Below, in pieces: positions 19,340 to 29,526 of a DNA stretch of 64,000 nucleotides. Location: assembly GCA_050287965.1 (NCBI GenBank), contig JBNKCX010000025.1:6233-70232 (forward strand), in the 5' to 3' direction. The position numbers and the translations under genes were made by a program. The notes below the pieces were generated by a model. That model did not search any database and was not told the DNA's origin. It worked only from the letters and a program-made list of their open reading frames with translations. Positions within the stretch are counted from its first letter, which is position 1, and each line of letters opens with the position of its first letter. The DNA comes from Sedimenticolaceae bacterium. Lineage in GTDB: Bacteria; Pseudomonadota; Gammaproteobacteria; Chromatiales; Chromatiaceae.

Positions 19340-20395
19340 TCAACCCAGGTTTCTGGACAGCAGGGGTCCAATCAGGTTGGCTACGGGCAGCGGAAGTCTC
19401 TTCCAGGCGTTGATGAATAATTGATACTTCGGATTCATCGGATTTATCTCCGGGATCTTATCCGATTTCACCAGATAATATTCATAATGCAGGGGTTCCG
19501 GCGTAAATCCCCAGTTTTTCTTGAAGCTGTATGAGCCCGTACCAGTCTTGCTGCGGCCATAGTCAAAGATCTTTATCCCCTGCTCCGCCGATCTCCGCAT
19601 CAACTCCCAGTACATAAAATCGTTGGCCTTGAGAGAACGCGCCTGCGCAATACTGCCGCCATAAAACGGCAATACCTCATCCCTGAAATAAAAACTCAGA
19701 ACACCCGCCACATCCCTGCCTTCATGTTTGATCATCAGGACGTCGCAATCCGAACCGAAGACCTCCCGCAGGATCCGGAAATACCTGGCCGGGAAAACGG
19801 GTGTTCCCAGGTTCCGAACGCTCTCGGAATAAACCCGATACAGGCGTTGCCAGCCGTTGTCTGCTTCACCAGTCAATCCCGCGTTAATCCCCTTGCGTAC
19901 CATTGCCCGCTGTTTGCGGGGAATCGCTTTCAGATTGACATCCGGGTCGGGATCCATCTCTTTGCGGAAGGTGACATAGAGTTCCTTGGCGGGCCATTGC
20001 CGTCCGGTGGGCGTACGGTTCCTCAGCTCAAGAGCATCCACACCCAATCGTTCGGCATGCTCACAGGCGGCGTTCAGCAAAGCAGATGCCGCATCCTCGC
20101 TGGTTGCCGCCACTCCCCCATATACACAAAACGGTGTTGAAACCAGTGTGTTTCCAAAAAGAAGACTATTTATTTGGGCCAGAGGTAAAACCCCCTCTAT
20201 CCCGCCATCACCCTCGGCATATAGAAAAAGGGTGGGATGACTATAAGCACGCTCGAGAACGGTCTTCCAGCCTGCTTTGTGGAAAAAGGTGGCATCGGGG
20301 CAATGTTCTACAAATTCATTCCAACGATCTTCGTCGGCTGATGTCAGTTCTCGGATCTTCAAACTTCTGTTCCTGTTTCTATCCTTGATCGGCAA
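19340..20395 (-). CDS. FemAB-like/GNAT-fold acyltransferase, PEP-CTERM-locus type
   Basis: 351 aa. Lies immediately downstream of the deacetylase, as in exosortase A loci. Sequence features (FFHKAGWKTVLE...YGGS...FKKNWGF) are consistent with the FemAB family. Confidence 0.6.
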   Translation of the reverse strand: MPIKDRNRNRSLKIRELTSADEDRWNEFVEHCPDATFFHKAGWKTVLERAYSHPTLFLYAEGDGGIEGVLPLAQINSLLFGNTLVSTPFCVYGGVAATSEDAASALLNAACEHAERLGVDALELRNRTPTGRQWPAKELYVTFRKEMDPDPDVNLKAIPRKQRAMVRKGINAGLTGEADNGWQRLYRVYSESVRNLGTPVFPARYFRILREVFGSDCDVLMIKHEGRDVAGVLSFYFRDEVLPFYGGSIAQARSLKANDFMYWELMRRSAEQGIKIFDYGRSKTGTGSYSFKKNWGFTPEPLHYEYYLVKSDKIPEINPMNPKYQLFINAWKRLPLPVANLIGPLLSRNLG

Positions 20396-21249
20396 TGGAG
20401 GTCATTATCCACTTCATTTTCCAGAAATATCCTGTCCATCCTGTTCCAGCTAAAATCCCGGAACAAACGCTCCAGCCGCCCCTGCATTCGATGGAGATTC
20501 AGATAATGGCGGAATCGGGTTTTCATACCAACACCCTTCTGCCTTGGTTGATCCTTATCGATCTCCCATGGGTGAAAATAAAAAATACCGGGCTGCCCGT
20601 CCACTGAATTCACCCGCCGGAGAAGTTTGCGGGAGATCCTATAGGGTAACAGACGAAAATAACCACCGCCCCCACCCGGATAATTCCTTCCCCCGAATGC
20701 GACAGTGGTAATCGGGATCTCAAGAAAGCCGTCCCCCTCTATGGGCTTGTAAGGAAACCGGGGGGCGGAAGGCATACCGTAATGATCATGGCGTATGGGG
20801 TATATGCTGGAGCTATAGAAGTACCCGGCCTCAAGTAGTTTTTCATGAGCCCAGAGGTTGTTTTCGCCGATGGAGTAACTGGCTGCTCTATAACCCTTTA
20901 CCCTGACGGCCCCGATATCTTCCAATATATCTTTTGTCCTGGTTATATCCTGTCGAAACTCCTCGGGGGTCTGGTTGCTTACCCGGATATGCTGATAGCC
21001 ATGGCTGGCCAACTCATGTCCGTTCTCCACAATGGAACGCACAATCTTTGGATATCTCTCCCCCAGCCAACCGAGCATAAAGAATGTCGCCTTGATATCG
21101 CGCTCATTCAACATATCCAGAATACGATCCATATTACCCTCCAGTCGGCAGGGTATATTCTCCCAACCGGAACGGGGTATATGCCTTTCGAAGGCCGACA
21201 CCTGGAAGTAGTCTTCCACGTCGATGGTCATGGCGTTCTGGATGGTCAT
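20359..21249 (-). CDS. Polysaccharide deacetylase (NodB-like), PEP-CTERM-locus subfamily
   Basis: 296 aa. N-terminal MTIDVEDYFQVSAF and HELASHGYQH motifs. Confidence 0.75.
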   Translation of the reverse strand: MTIQNAMTIDVEDYFQVSAFERHIPRSGWENIPCRLEGNMDRILDMLNERDIKATFFMLGWLGERYPKIVRSIVENGHELASHGYQHIRVSNQTPEEFRQDITRTKDILEDIGAVRVKGYRAASYSIGENNLWAHEKLLEAGYFYSSSIYPIRHDHYGMPSAPRFPYKPIEGDGFLEIPITTVAFGGRNYPGGGGGYFRLLPYRISRKLLRRVNSVDGQPGIFYFHPWEIDKDQPRQKGVGMKTRFRHYLNLHRMQGRLERLFRDFSWNRMDRIFLENEVDNDLHCRSRIETGTEV

Positions 21250-21306
21250 ATCTCTCTAAATCACTCTATACTGCGGGGAATCCCGACCGTAACGGCAGGA
21301 CCGCTC

Positions 21307-22446
21307 CTATTCCTCCGCCCACGCCTTGATGACGCCCGCAATACGCTCCGCCGCCTTGCCGTCCCACAGTTCCGGTATCCTGCCGCTCTTGCCATCCGTG
21401 GTCAGAATATCCTCCACGGTGGTTCGTATTTTATTCGTATCCGTACCGACGATGGTATTGGTTCCCTGTTCGACGGTGATGGGTCTCTCGGTATTTTCTC
21501 TCATAGTGACACAGGGAACACCCAAAGCCGTGGTCTCCTCCTGTATGCCTCCGGAGTCGGTAAGCACCAATCGGGCCTTTTTCATCAGGCCCAGCATTTC
21601 CAGATACCCCACGGGCGGCAATATCAAAATTGTCTCACTCGCCAGAAATTCTTCCAGTCCCGCCTCATGAATACATTTCCTTGTCCTGGGATGTACCGGA
21701 AAAATTAAAGGTATTTTCCCGCTTATCTCCCGCAACACGTTCAGCAGACTCTTAAGAGTAGCCGGGTCGTCCACGTTGGAGGGGCGATGCAGGGTTACTA
21801 ATCCATACCCGGACGAATATCCGGAAATACGGTCACTTGCCTGATGAGTGGAAAATATCTGTTCCAGGGGGACTGCGCGCTCCATATTGTAGAAAAGTGT
21901 ATCGATCATCACGTTTCCCACAAAATGTATACGCCGCTCATCCACGCCCTCACGCAAAAGATTCCCTTGGGCGCTTCTCTCTGTTGTAAAAAGCAGCTCC
22001 GAGATCTGATCGGTCAGAACCCTGTTGATCTCCTCCGGCATATCGCGGTCGAAACTGCGCAACCCGGCTTCCACGTGAAAAACCGGAATACCCTTTTTTA
22101 CCGCTACCAGAGCACAGGCAATGGTGGAATTAACATCCCCTACCACCAGGATCGCGTCAGGCCGCCGTTCATCGAGAACCGGTTCGAAGCGCCGCATAAT
22201 CTCGGCGGTCTGTACGGCATGTGAGGCGGAACCCACTTCCAGGTCGATATCCGGTTCCGGAATATTCAACTGCGCAAAAAAAGAGGCCTTCATGGCCGCA
22301 TCATAATGTTGGCCGGTGTGTATCAGGCTGGCTGATAGTTCCGGACCGGCCGCATTCAATGCCCTCATGACAGGTGCGATTTTCATGAAGTTGGGACGCG
22401 CCCCGACCACGCACAGAATCTGAGCGGCGGACTGTTTAGATGCCAT
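21307..22446 (-). CDS. wecB: UDP-N-acetylglucosamine 2-epimerase (non-hydrolysing)
   Basis: 379 aa. Motifs VVGARPNFMK, HVEAGLRSFD and LTDSGGIQEE. Confidence 0.9.
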   Translation of the reverse strand: MASKQSAAQILCVVGARPNFMKIAPVMRALNAAGPELSASLIHTGQHYDAAMKASFFAQLNIPEPDIDLEVGSASHAVQTAEIMRRFEPVLDERRPDAILVVGDVNSTIACALVAVKKGIPVFHVEAGLRSFDRDMPEEINRVLTDQISELLFTTERSAQGNLLREGVDERRIHFVGNVMIDTLFYNMERAVPLEQIFSTHQASDRISGYSSGYGLVTLHRPSNVDDPATLKSLLNVLREISGKIPLIFPVHPRTRKCIHEAGLEEFLASETILILPPVGYLEMLGLMKKARLVLTDSGGIQEETTALGVPCVTMRENTERPITVEQGTNTIVGTDTNKIRTTVEDILTTDGKSGRIPELWDGKAAERIAGVIKAWAEE

Positions 22447-22632
22447 TTCCGCGTTCCTTCGGGAGGTGCATAATGATTTTCATTGCAACAGAAGCGAGAA
22501 GTACTGGGACTGTCTTTCGTATTCTACAAAATCAATCTACTATTTTCGCCGAGTTCAGAATCTCGCAAATATAAATGCAGGCACATTACTTTCACGAAAG
22601 ACTAATAAAACAGAGACAAAAACGCCGCCGGA

Positions 22633-24060
22633 CTAGAGATCTATATCCAAAGCCACCGTCACCCGATTCTCGTCATAGCTGTCACCAGCCGTGTCCGAAT
22701 CCCTCTCCGTATGGCGATAATCCAATCGAAGGTTGCTTTTCTGACCCAGTTCCCGCGCCATCCCTACCTTGAATGAGGTGGTATCCGCCTGGCTACCGTC
22801 GCTCATCTCCGAGCGACGCCAACTGATATCAGTGTTCGCGCTGGTCTTCCCATCCAACCGCCGGTCAAGAGCAATGCTCAGACCCATAAGTTTGGATCCG
22901 CTATCGTTCACATCCTGATAGATCTGCTTGGAGTGATCAGCCCGTAACTTCAGGGTAGTCCGCTTCCCCTTAAGGGTATATGAGGCATCGAACCGCTCAT
23001 TTACCAAAGTGACGTCATTGATCACCGCCACATCCCGCGCGATGATAAAAGGATTCCCGGTAATGGGATCAACCACCACGTTACCAAACTCATCCACCAG
23101 AAAATACAATTCCTGATCCATTATGAGAGAACGGGAATCGGTCAGCTCTCTGGAATAACCCGCTTCAAACGTGGATTTGCGGGACCGATGAGTGAAATCA
23201 AAGGAGGGTGTGGAACCGAAGTAGCGTTCGCCGTAGCCTATATCCAATGAGGTTCGCGGACTCGGGGTCCAAACCAATCCGGCATCCCAGCGGGCACCGC
23301 CCGTATCGGATCGTGTCGTCGTATAATCATTCCACTCCTTCCCCACTGACGCCCTGGCCATAATGGAGTGATCAAACCTGTAACCAAAATTCGCATCCGC
23401 GGATTTATAGTCGCTGTTGTCACTCTTCTGGGCATCAACCTTCCTGTAATCGCCATTTAATCCCCAGGAGAAGCTTTTAAATTTCCTGCCACTGTCCAAT
23501 GATACCGCGACGGACTGGCCGGTACTGTCTCCGGCCTGATCGCTGGTGTGGAATAGCTGATCGTAGGTATAACGGGCCTCAAAATCAGCGTAGCCCTTCA
23601 GCCGCCGTTTTATATAGGGGCTGACGGAATAGGAATAGGTGGTGGTGACGTTCCCGCTATCATTGGTCGTATCGTCGCCGCCGGAGGTATAGGGATTCAA
23701 GGCGTACTGTGAAGCCCGGGCTTTGGCATCGACATAAAACAGGTCTTCCACAAGCTCCGCGTCCGCATCAGCCTGAATGCGGGGATTGATGGAATCGTTT
23801 CCCCTGCCCTGGTCGTCGATCTTCACGGAGCCGGTAAATTTGACGCTCGCCCTGGCGCCTTTACCCGTAAAGGAAAGTTTGGGAGATGCGGAGGCGATAA
23901 CTTCACTTTGTTTTCCGCCTTCGGTCAAATGGTCATTATCGGTTATGGTCAGGCTGGTAGCCACACCCTTGGTTACCGACCATTCAGCCGCAGAGGAAAT
24001 CCCAGGCAACAGCGCTATTCCACACAACAGTATGAGCGAGCTGTTTTTCACCGTGTCCAT
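22633..24060 (-). CDS. Outer-membrane beta-barrel protein, PEP-CTERM-system associated
   Basis: 475 aa with a signal peptide (ALLPGISSA-AEW). Alternating-polarity, Y/G/D/S/T-rich sequence is typical of a beta-barrel. Position follows the tyrosine kinase gene. Confidence 0.55.
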   Translation of the reverse strand: MDTVKNSSLILLCGIALLPGISSAAEWSVTKGVATSLTITDNDHLTEGGKQSEVIASASPKLSFTGKGARASVKFTGSVKIDDQGRGNDSINPRIQADADAELVEDLFYVDAKARASQYALNPYTSGGDDTTNDSGNVTTTYSYSVSPYIKRRLKGYADFEARYTYDQLFHTSDQAGDSTGQSVAVSLDSGRKFKSFSWGLNGDYRKVDAQKSDNSDYKSADANFGYRFDHSIMARASVGKEWNDYTTTRSDTGGARWDAGLVWTPSPRTSLDIGYGERYFGSTPSFDFTHRSRKSTFEAGYSRELTDSRSLIMDQELYFLVDEFGNVVVDPITGNPFIIARDVAVINDVTLVNERFDASYTLKGKRTTLKLRADHSKQIYQDVNDSGSKLMGLSIALDRRLDGKTSANTDISWRRSEMSDGSQADTTSFKVGMARELGQKSNLRLDYRHTERDSDTAGDSYDENRVTVALDIDL

Positions 24061-24084
24061 CTCCCCGGATATACGGAAAATTCG

Positions 24085-25077
24085 TTATTCTGCCGTTTCA
24101 GTATTCGAAGACTTGCGTTTATAGCCGTAGCCGTAGCCATAACCGTAGCCGTATCCGTAACCATGTTTATCGCCGAGCTTGCGCTGTGACTTGTTAAGCA
24201 CCATTCCTATGACCTTGTCATCCCCCAAATGCCTGATCGCCTCCTTGACCGCTTCCTGCGAGGTCTCCTCCGCGGCAACCACAAATACGATCTGCCCCAT
24301 ATGGTTTGCCAGCACGCCCGCTTCCGTCGTTACCAGGAGAGGCGGAGAATCAAAAATGACCACACGATCCTTATAGCGCGTTGACAATTCCAACATCACC
24401 GAGCCCATGCTCTCGCTGGCAAGCAATTCCGTCGCCCGATCATGGGCGTGCCCCGCAGGAAGCACGCGTAGATTCGGAACATTGGTGGGTAATAAAACAT
24501 CCTGCAGTTGCACATCCTTGTTAATCAACACGTCGATCAATCCGGGGCCATCGGATATGCCTAATAACTGCGCAGCCGAGGCCTTGGAAACATCCGCATC
24601 CACGAGCAGCACCGTCTTGTCCTGCTCCATGGCGATACTCATTGCCAGATTCACCGCGGAAAAGGTTTTTCCTTCCCCGGCAAGAGCGCTGGTAACCATA
24701 ATAAGGTTCGCGTTATCAATCAGAGAGGCACCCTTACCTTCAATATTCATCAGCAGGGGCCGCTTGATACCTCGATATTCCTCTGCAATTCGGCTTTTGG
24801 GAACATCCGGCGTTATCATCCCCAGGGATGCCAATTTAGCCAAAGGCAGATTTACTTTCTCCGGCTTTGGCCTGTCATCCTGTTCCGAAGACTTGTTTTC
24901 CGGAACATCGGGGGCTGGACGACCTCTGGATTGGGATGGCACAGCGGTTTCGGCTCCGGCCATATTCTCCTGAAGCCCAACGGTTGTCTCCCTGGAGACA
25001 TCATCCGACTTTTCACGTGCCGAGGGTTTCCTGCCCCCCTTCTGAATCTTATCAACAGCCTTTTCGATAATACTCAT
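24085..25077 (-). CDS. Exopolysaccharide tyrosine autokinase (BY-kinase, cytoplasmic type)
   Basis: 330 aa. Walker A SALAGEGKTFS, Walker A' VLLVDADV, Walker B VVIFDSPP, and a C-terminal Tyr cluster HGYGYGYGYGYGYGYKRK. Confidence 0.85.
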   Translation of the reverse strand: MSIIEKAVDKIQKGGRKPSAREKSDDVSRETTVGLQENMAGAETAVPSQSRGRPAPDVPENKSSEQDDRPKPEKVNLPLAKLASLGMITPDVPKSRIAEEYRGIKRPLLMNIEGKGASLIDNANLIMVTSALAGEGKTFSAVNLAMSIAMEQDKTVLLVDADVSKASAAQLLGISDGPGLIDVLINKDVQLQDVLLPTNVPNLRVLPAGHAHDRATELLASESMGSVMLELSTRYKDRVVIFDSPPLLVTTEAGVLANHMGQIVFVVAAEETSQEAVKEAIRHLGDDKVIGMVLNKSQRKLGDKHGYGYGYGYGYGYGYKRKSSNTETAE

Positions 25078-25089
25078 AAAAATCCTGAA

Positions 25090-26808
25090 CTACGAAATCG
25101 GGTTAACATAAGAGGAGGTATACATCCGTACCCCCGTGACCATATGCCGGCGCATGTGGAGCATATGATTGGAAAGAGACCGTCCCTCCGTAACACCATA
25201 CTCCTCCACCACTGCCGGCGCGTCAGATAAAGCCCCCAGCTTATTATCTTCTTCCATCCCCATCCCCTGAAGCATACTGACACCGACAAACGCCATAAGA
25301 AGCGTGAGCAAAGCCGCCGAATAGACCAACGAGGCTTTAAACGCCTTTTTGCTCTCCTCCTCACTCTGAATCAACACGACGCTTCCCAAAACCGGCAGGC
25401 CCGTGACCTGACCAAGAACACGGCGGTTGGAAAATACCGGATGAAGAAGCGAAAGCAGGAATCCGATGCCGAGTCCAACCGCAATCGCTGCCAGCAGCAC
25501 CAACGCATTCAGCAACAGCTTGTTGGGTTCGGTGGGCTTGAGCGGTACAAAAGGTGGATCGATTACCCTGAACTTCACGTCTTCCACGTTCTGTTCCACT
25601 TCACCGGAAAGATGGGCGGACTCCCTGCGCTTCACCAGTGCGGCATATTGCTGGGAGATGGCCGAATAATCTCTGTTCAACTGCTTCAGCTCGGCTTCGA
25701 TCTTGGGGATGTTATCCACCTTTGCCTGCAGCGCTTCCACTCTGTCGCTATATTCCTTTACCCGCACATTAAGCTCGGCAACCCTGGCGTCCGCTTCCGT
25801 CAGCATGGCACGCATCTGTTGGTAAACAGGGTTAGCCCCCAGACTGGTCTTGGCGGCATCCTGCGAGGCCTTGATTTGTTCAGCCTCCTTTTTACGGTCC
25901 GCTTCCAGTGTTCGCAGCAGACCACGGATGTGTATCACCTCGGGGTGACGCTCGGTGTACCTCAGCAACAGATCGTCCAACCGCTTTTTCAGGATCTGGA
26001 TACGCTCATCATAGGACGTGGTAATCTGGTAGTCGTCACCCGCCCCGGAAGCGAGCAGGGAATCTTCCCCCTCATCCTCGAAATCCGCCAGCTGCTCCCC
26101 AAGTTCCGTTTGCCGGTTCTCCGCCTCTTTCAACTGCAGTTTGGCTTCCCGCAACTGCATCACGGCACTTTCCAGACGTTGGTAATAATCCCCGGTCTCC
26201 CCGGGCATCTCGCCGGCGTGCTCGCGCTTGAAATCCGCCAGTCTGTTTTCCGCCTCTATAAGCCTCTGTTCGTATTCCGCGATCTGCTGATCCAGAAACT
26301 CATGGGCATTGTCGCTTTCCTTGCGTTCCTCACCGAGAGTACTTTCGATAAATACCGTAATGAGCGACTGCACGATTTTCTTCGCGGTCTGCCTGTCATG
26401 GTGGGAAAAGGCTATGGAATAGAGTGATTCGTTTCGGCGTTCCCCGGTAAGTCTGATCCTGCTCTTCAGCTCCTCGAGCATCTTCTCCTTTTCGGCATCG
26501 GTCTTGACCTGCAGATCCAGATCCGCCATGCGCATCAGCTTTTCCAGATTGGGCCTGGTAATCAGCGTCTTGCTCATCAATGCAACCCGCTGAGTAACAT
26601 CCGGCTGAATCGCCAGACCCTGAAGCAGGGGCCTGAGAACCCGGTTGCTGTCCACATGTACCCTGGCGGTCGCCAGATATTCGTCGGGAATCTGTGCAAT
26701 GGCAATCCAACCGACAACCGCCACACACCAGGCGGCAATCATCGCCGTCCAGCGATAGCGCCAAACGCCCCACAGATACCCGAGCAGTTGTGTTAAAAGT
26801 TCACGCAT
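25090..26808 (-). CDS. Polysaccharide chain-length determinant (Wzz/PCP-like), PEP-CTERM-locus type
   Basis: 572 aa with an N-terminal TM, a long coiled-coil periplasmic region and a C-terminal TM. Directly upstream of the BY-kinase. Confidence 0.75.
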   Translation of the reverse strand: MRELLTQLLGYLWGVWRYRWTAMIAAWCVAVVGWIAIAQIPDEYLATARVHVDSNRVLRPLLQGLAIQPDVTQRVALMSKTLITRPNLEKLMRMADLDLQVKTDAEKEKMLEELKSRIRLTGERRNESLYSIAFSHHDRQTAKKIVQSLITVFIESTLGEERKESDNAHEFLDQQIAEYEQRLIEAENRLADFKREHAGEMPGETGDYYQRLESAVMQLREAKLQLKEAENRQTELGEQLADFEDEGEDSLLASGAGDDYQITTSYDERIQILKKRLDDLLLRYTERHPEVIHIRGLLRTLEADRKKEAEQIKASQDAAKTSLGANPVYQQMRAMLTEADARVAELNVRVKEYSDRVEALQAKVDNIPKIEAELKQLNRDYSAISQQYAALVKRRESAHLSGEVEQNVEDVKFRVIDPPFVPLKPTEPNKLLLNALVLLAAIAVGLGIGFLLSLLHPVFSNRRVLGQVTGLPVLGSVVLIQSEEESKKAFKASLVYSAALLTLLMAFVGVSMLQGMGMEEDNKLGALSDAPAVVEEYGVTEGRSLSNHMLHMRRHMVTGVRMYTSSYVNPIS

Positions 26809-26838
26809 ACCTTAACAACTCCCTGTTTCGCGCTTTTC

Positions 26839-27474
26839 CTAGAACCAAGCTTCCGGAATAATCAGGATGTCGCCCGGCATGAGTGTGGTGTTCGCGGTGA
26901 TATCACCATCCCTGATCAGATCGTCAAGGCGAACGTTATATACCTTCTGACCCTCGGATTCGGTGCGTACCAGCACGGAACTGTTACCGTCCGCAAAATC
27001 GGTCAGACCGCCAACCGCGATCATGAGGTCAAGCAGAGTCATGTGCTTGCGGAAGGGAACGGACAACGGCTTGGACGCCTCACCCACTACCCGCACCTGT
27101 TGCGACGGTATGCCGACGAATCCACCGACAATCACGCTGACAACGGCGCTCTTTACATAATCCGAATAGGCCTTTTCGATGTCTCTCGCGAGCTGACTGG
27201 GGGTTTTTCCGCTTGCGGGAATATCTTCAACCAACCGGGTGGTTATTTTTCCGTCAGGCCGCACGGTGACCGATCCGGTCAGCTCCGGGTTGCCCCACAC
27301 GAAGATCTCAACGCTATCCCCGGGGCCGATGAGGTAGTCGAATTCCTGATCCTGATCGCTGATATCCTGCGGATAGGGACCGGTGGCGGCGCAGCCGCCG
27401 ATCAGCAGGACCGCCGCCAGAGCTATGACGAGTGCCGTCACCCTTTTTGCAAAGACAGATGAAAATTCGCGCAC
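26839..27474 (-). CDS. Polysaccharide export protein (Wza-like, short form)
   Basis: 211 aa with lipoprotein-like signal LLIGGC. Motif YLIGPGDSVEIFVWGNPEL (Poly_export) followed by an SLBB-like C-terminus. Confidence 0.8.
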   Translation of the reverse strand: MREFSSVFAKRVTALVIALAAVLLIGGCAATGPYPQDISDQDQEFDYLIGPGDSVEIFVWGNPELTGSVTVRPDGKITTRLVEDIPASGKTPSQLARDIEKAYSDYVKSAVVSVIVGGFVGIPSQQVRVVGEASKPLSVPFRKHMTLLDLMIAVGGLTDFADGNSSVLVRTESEGQKVYNVRLDDLIRDGDITANTTLMPGDILIIPEAWF

Positions 27475-28011
27475 TGACTATTCCTCCCTAAATGTGATTC
27501 TTTAAGTCACCAAAAACCGGAATCCGCTGATTCAGATCAAACCCCGAAAAACCGGCGGATATTCGAAATCCGAAACGGTTAATAGTACCTGAAAACGGCC
27601 GATTTTTTATCCCCGAATCGCCTTTTATTTCTTCCAGAAAGCGCTTCCCAAACTTCTTATGGAGTTTAATAGAATATTGCCCTAAAGTATTGCATAAAAA
27701 AGAAAAATTGGCAATCGTAACGGACGATTTCCCGGCCCGTACCGATCCCTGAAGCGATCATCGAGATAAAGAGAAAGGGTGTTACCTCTTCCACCAGACT
27801 TTTTTTTGGGGTTTTTGGGAAAACTTGAGGGGAATTTTTGAACGCGGTTTTATTCCGTGTAAGGGAAAATCACTCCTTCCGCCCACCCCAGAAACCACCT
27901 TCGCCGTCATTCCAGGCGGCACGTAGTTGTAGGAGCCGCTCCCCTGAGGGAAAAATGGGGTTTGACCGGAATTGCACGGTGGACCGAGCTCCCGCAGGAT
28001 CCCGGCGCGTC

Positions 28012-29436
28012 CTACTCTTTTTCCCGTCCGTAGACATCTGCGAAACGAACGATATCGTCCTCCCCCAGATAAGATCCCGTCTGCACCTCTATCAGTTCCA
28101 ACGGGATAAGACCGGGGTTTTCCAACCGGTGTTTTGTGCCCAGAGGGACATAAACCGATTGATCCTCCGTCAGCGTTATCTCTTCGTCACCGCGGGTCAC
28201 CTTTGCCGTCCCCTTCACAACCACCCAGTGCTCGGCCCGGTGATGATGCATCTGCAGGGAAAGGCTCGCGCCCGGGTTGACCACGATCCGCTTCACCTGA
28301 AAGCGGTCGCTTTCGTCCACCGTCTCGTAGTTACCCCAAGGCCGGTAGACCCTGACGTGATGCAGGTGTTCGCAGCGACCTCCGGCCTTTATCTTTTCCA
28401 CCAGCTCCTTCACATCCTGAACCCGGGCCTTGTCCGCAACCAGGACTGCATCCGCCGTTTCCACCACTACCATGCTATCCAGTCCGATACCTGCGATCAG
28501 ACGACTCTCACTGCGCATATAACTGTTGGTCACATCTTTCGTGAGAACGTCTCCGGCCAACACGTTGCCATCCTCATCGTTTCCGATGACCTCGGAGAGT
28601 GAGGACCAGGAACCCACGTCACTCCACCCTGCGTCCATAGGTACAACCACCGCTTTGTCCGTTTTCTCCATCACCGCATAGTCAACGGATTCCGATGGAC
28701 AGGCGGCAAAAAGTTCTTTCCCAAGACGTAAAAAATCCTTGTCGCGTTCGCCGCCCTGATATGCCTTGCGACAGGATTCAAGGATCTCCGGGTTATGTTT
28801 CCCAAGTTCGCTCAGATAAGCATCGGCACGAAACAAAAACATGCCGCTGTTCCAGAAATAGTCTCCCGATTCGACATATCCCCTTGCGGTTTCCAGATCC
28901 GGCTTTTCCACGAACTCGACCACCGGATGGATCGTCGGTCGGATACTCCCGGCCGCCTCGCTCCCGCGGATATAGCCATACCCGGTTTCCGGCCTGCTCG
29001 CGATAATCCCGAACGTTACCAGCCCACCCCGGGTGGCAGCCTCCATTCCCTTGGATACCGCCTGTGCGAATACTTCAGGTTTTTGTATCACATGATCGGA
29101 CGGCATTACGAGAAGCACGGCATCCTGCTCCAGATCCTGCGCAAACAAGGCGGCGCAGGCGACGGCCGGGGCCGTATTCCTTCCGACCGGTTCCAACATG
29201 ATGGCGGAGGGATTCGTCTCCCGCTGGCGCAGCTGTTCCGCGACCAGGAAACGGTGCTCCTCGTTACAAACGATCAGAGGTCTCGCGCAGTCCGCCAATC
29301 CCGACAATCGTCCCACCGTCGCCTGGAAAAGCGTGTGCTCTTCCACCAACGGGAGAAACTGCTTGGGGTACGCACTTCTGGAAAGTGGCCAGAGACGGGT
29401 GCCGGAACCGCCGGATAATATTACTGGAACGATCAT
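28012..29436 (-). CDS. manC: Mannose-1-phosphate guanylyltransferase / mannose-6-phosphate isomerase (bifunctional)
   Basis: 474 aa. N-terminal PVILSGGSGTRLWPLSR and a C-terminal cupin (HHRAEHWVVVKGTA). Confidence 0.9.
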   Translation of the reverse strand: MIVPVILSGGSGTRLWPLSRSAYPKQFLPLVEEHTLFQATVGRLSGLADCARPLIVCNEEHRFLVAEQLRQRETNPSAIMLEPVGRNTAPAVACAALFAQDLEQDAVLLVMPSDHVIQKPEVFAQAVSKGMEAATRGGLVTFGIIASRPETGYGYIRGSEAAGSIRPTIHPVVEFVEKPDLETARGYVESGDYFWNSGMFLFRADAYLSELGKHNPEILESCRKAYQGGERDKDFLRLGKELFAACPSESVDYAVMEKTDKAVVVPMDAGWSDVGSWSSLSEVIGNDEDGNVLAGDVLTKDVTNSYMRSESRLIAGIGLDSMVVVETADAVLVADKARVQDVKELVEKIKAGGRCEHLHHVRVYRPWGNYETVDESDRFQVKRIVVNPGASLSLQMHHHRAEHWVVVKGTAKVTRGDEEITLTEDQSVYVPLGTKHRLENPGLIPLELIEVQTGSYLGEDDIVRFADVYGREKE

Positions 29437-29526
29437 TATTGTTACTTACCTCATTGCCTCGGAGTCGTTAGAACCTATCTCAAAATACCTCGTGAACCGT
29501 GTTAAAGATCACAACCAAAAACAGCG

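Noticed and set aside
25441-26427. 328-aa plus-strand ORF.
   Set aside because: It is antisense to the chain-length determinant. Similar shadow ORFs at 15300-16040, 20845-21708, 27838-28602, 40266-41165 and 56293-57015 were rejected for the same reason.
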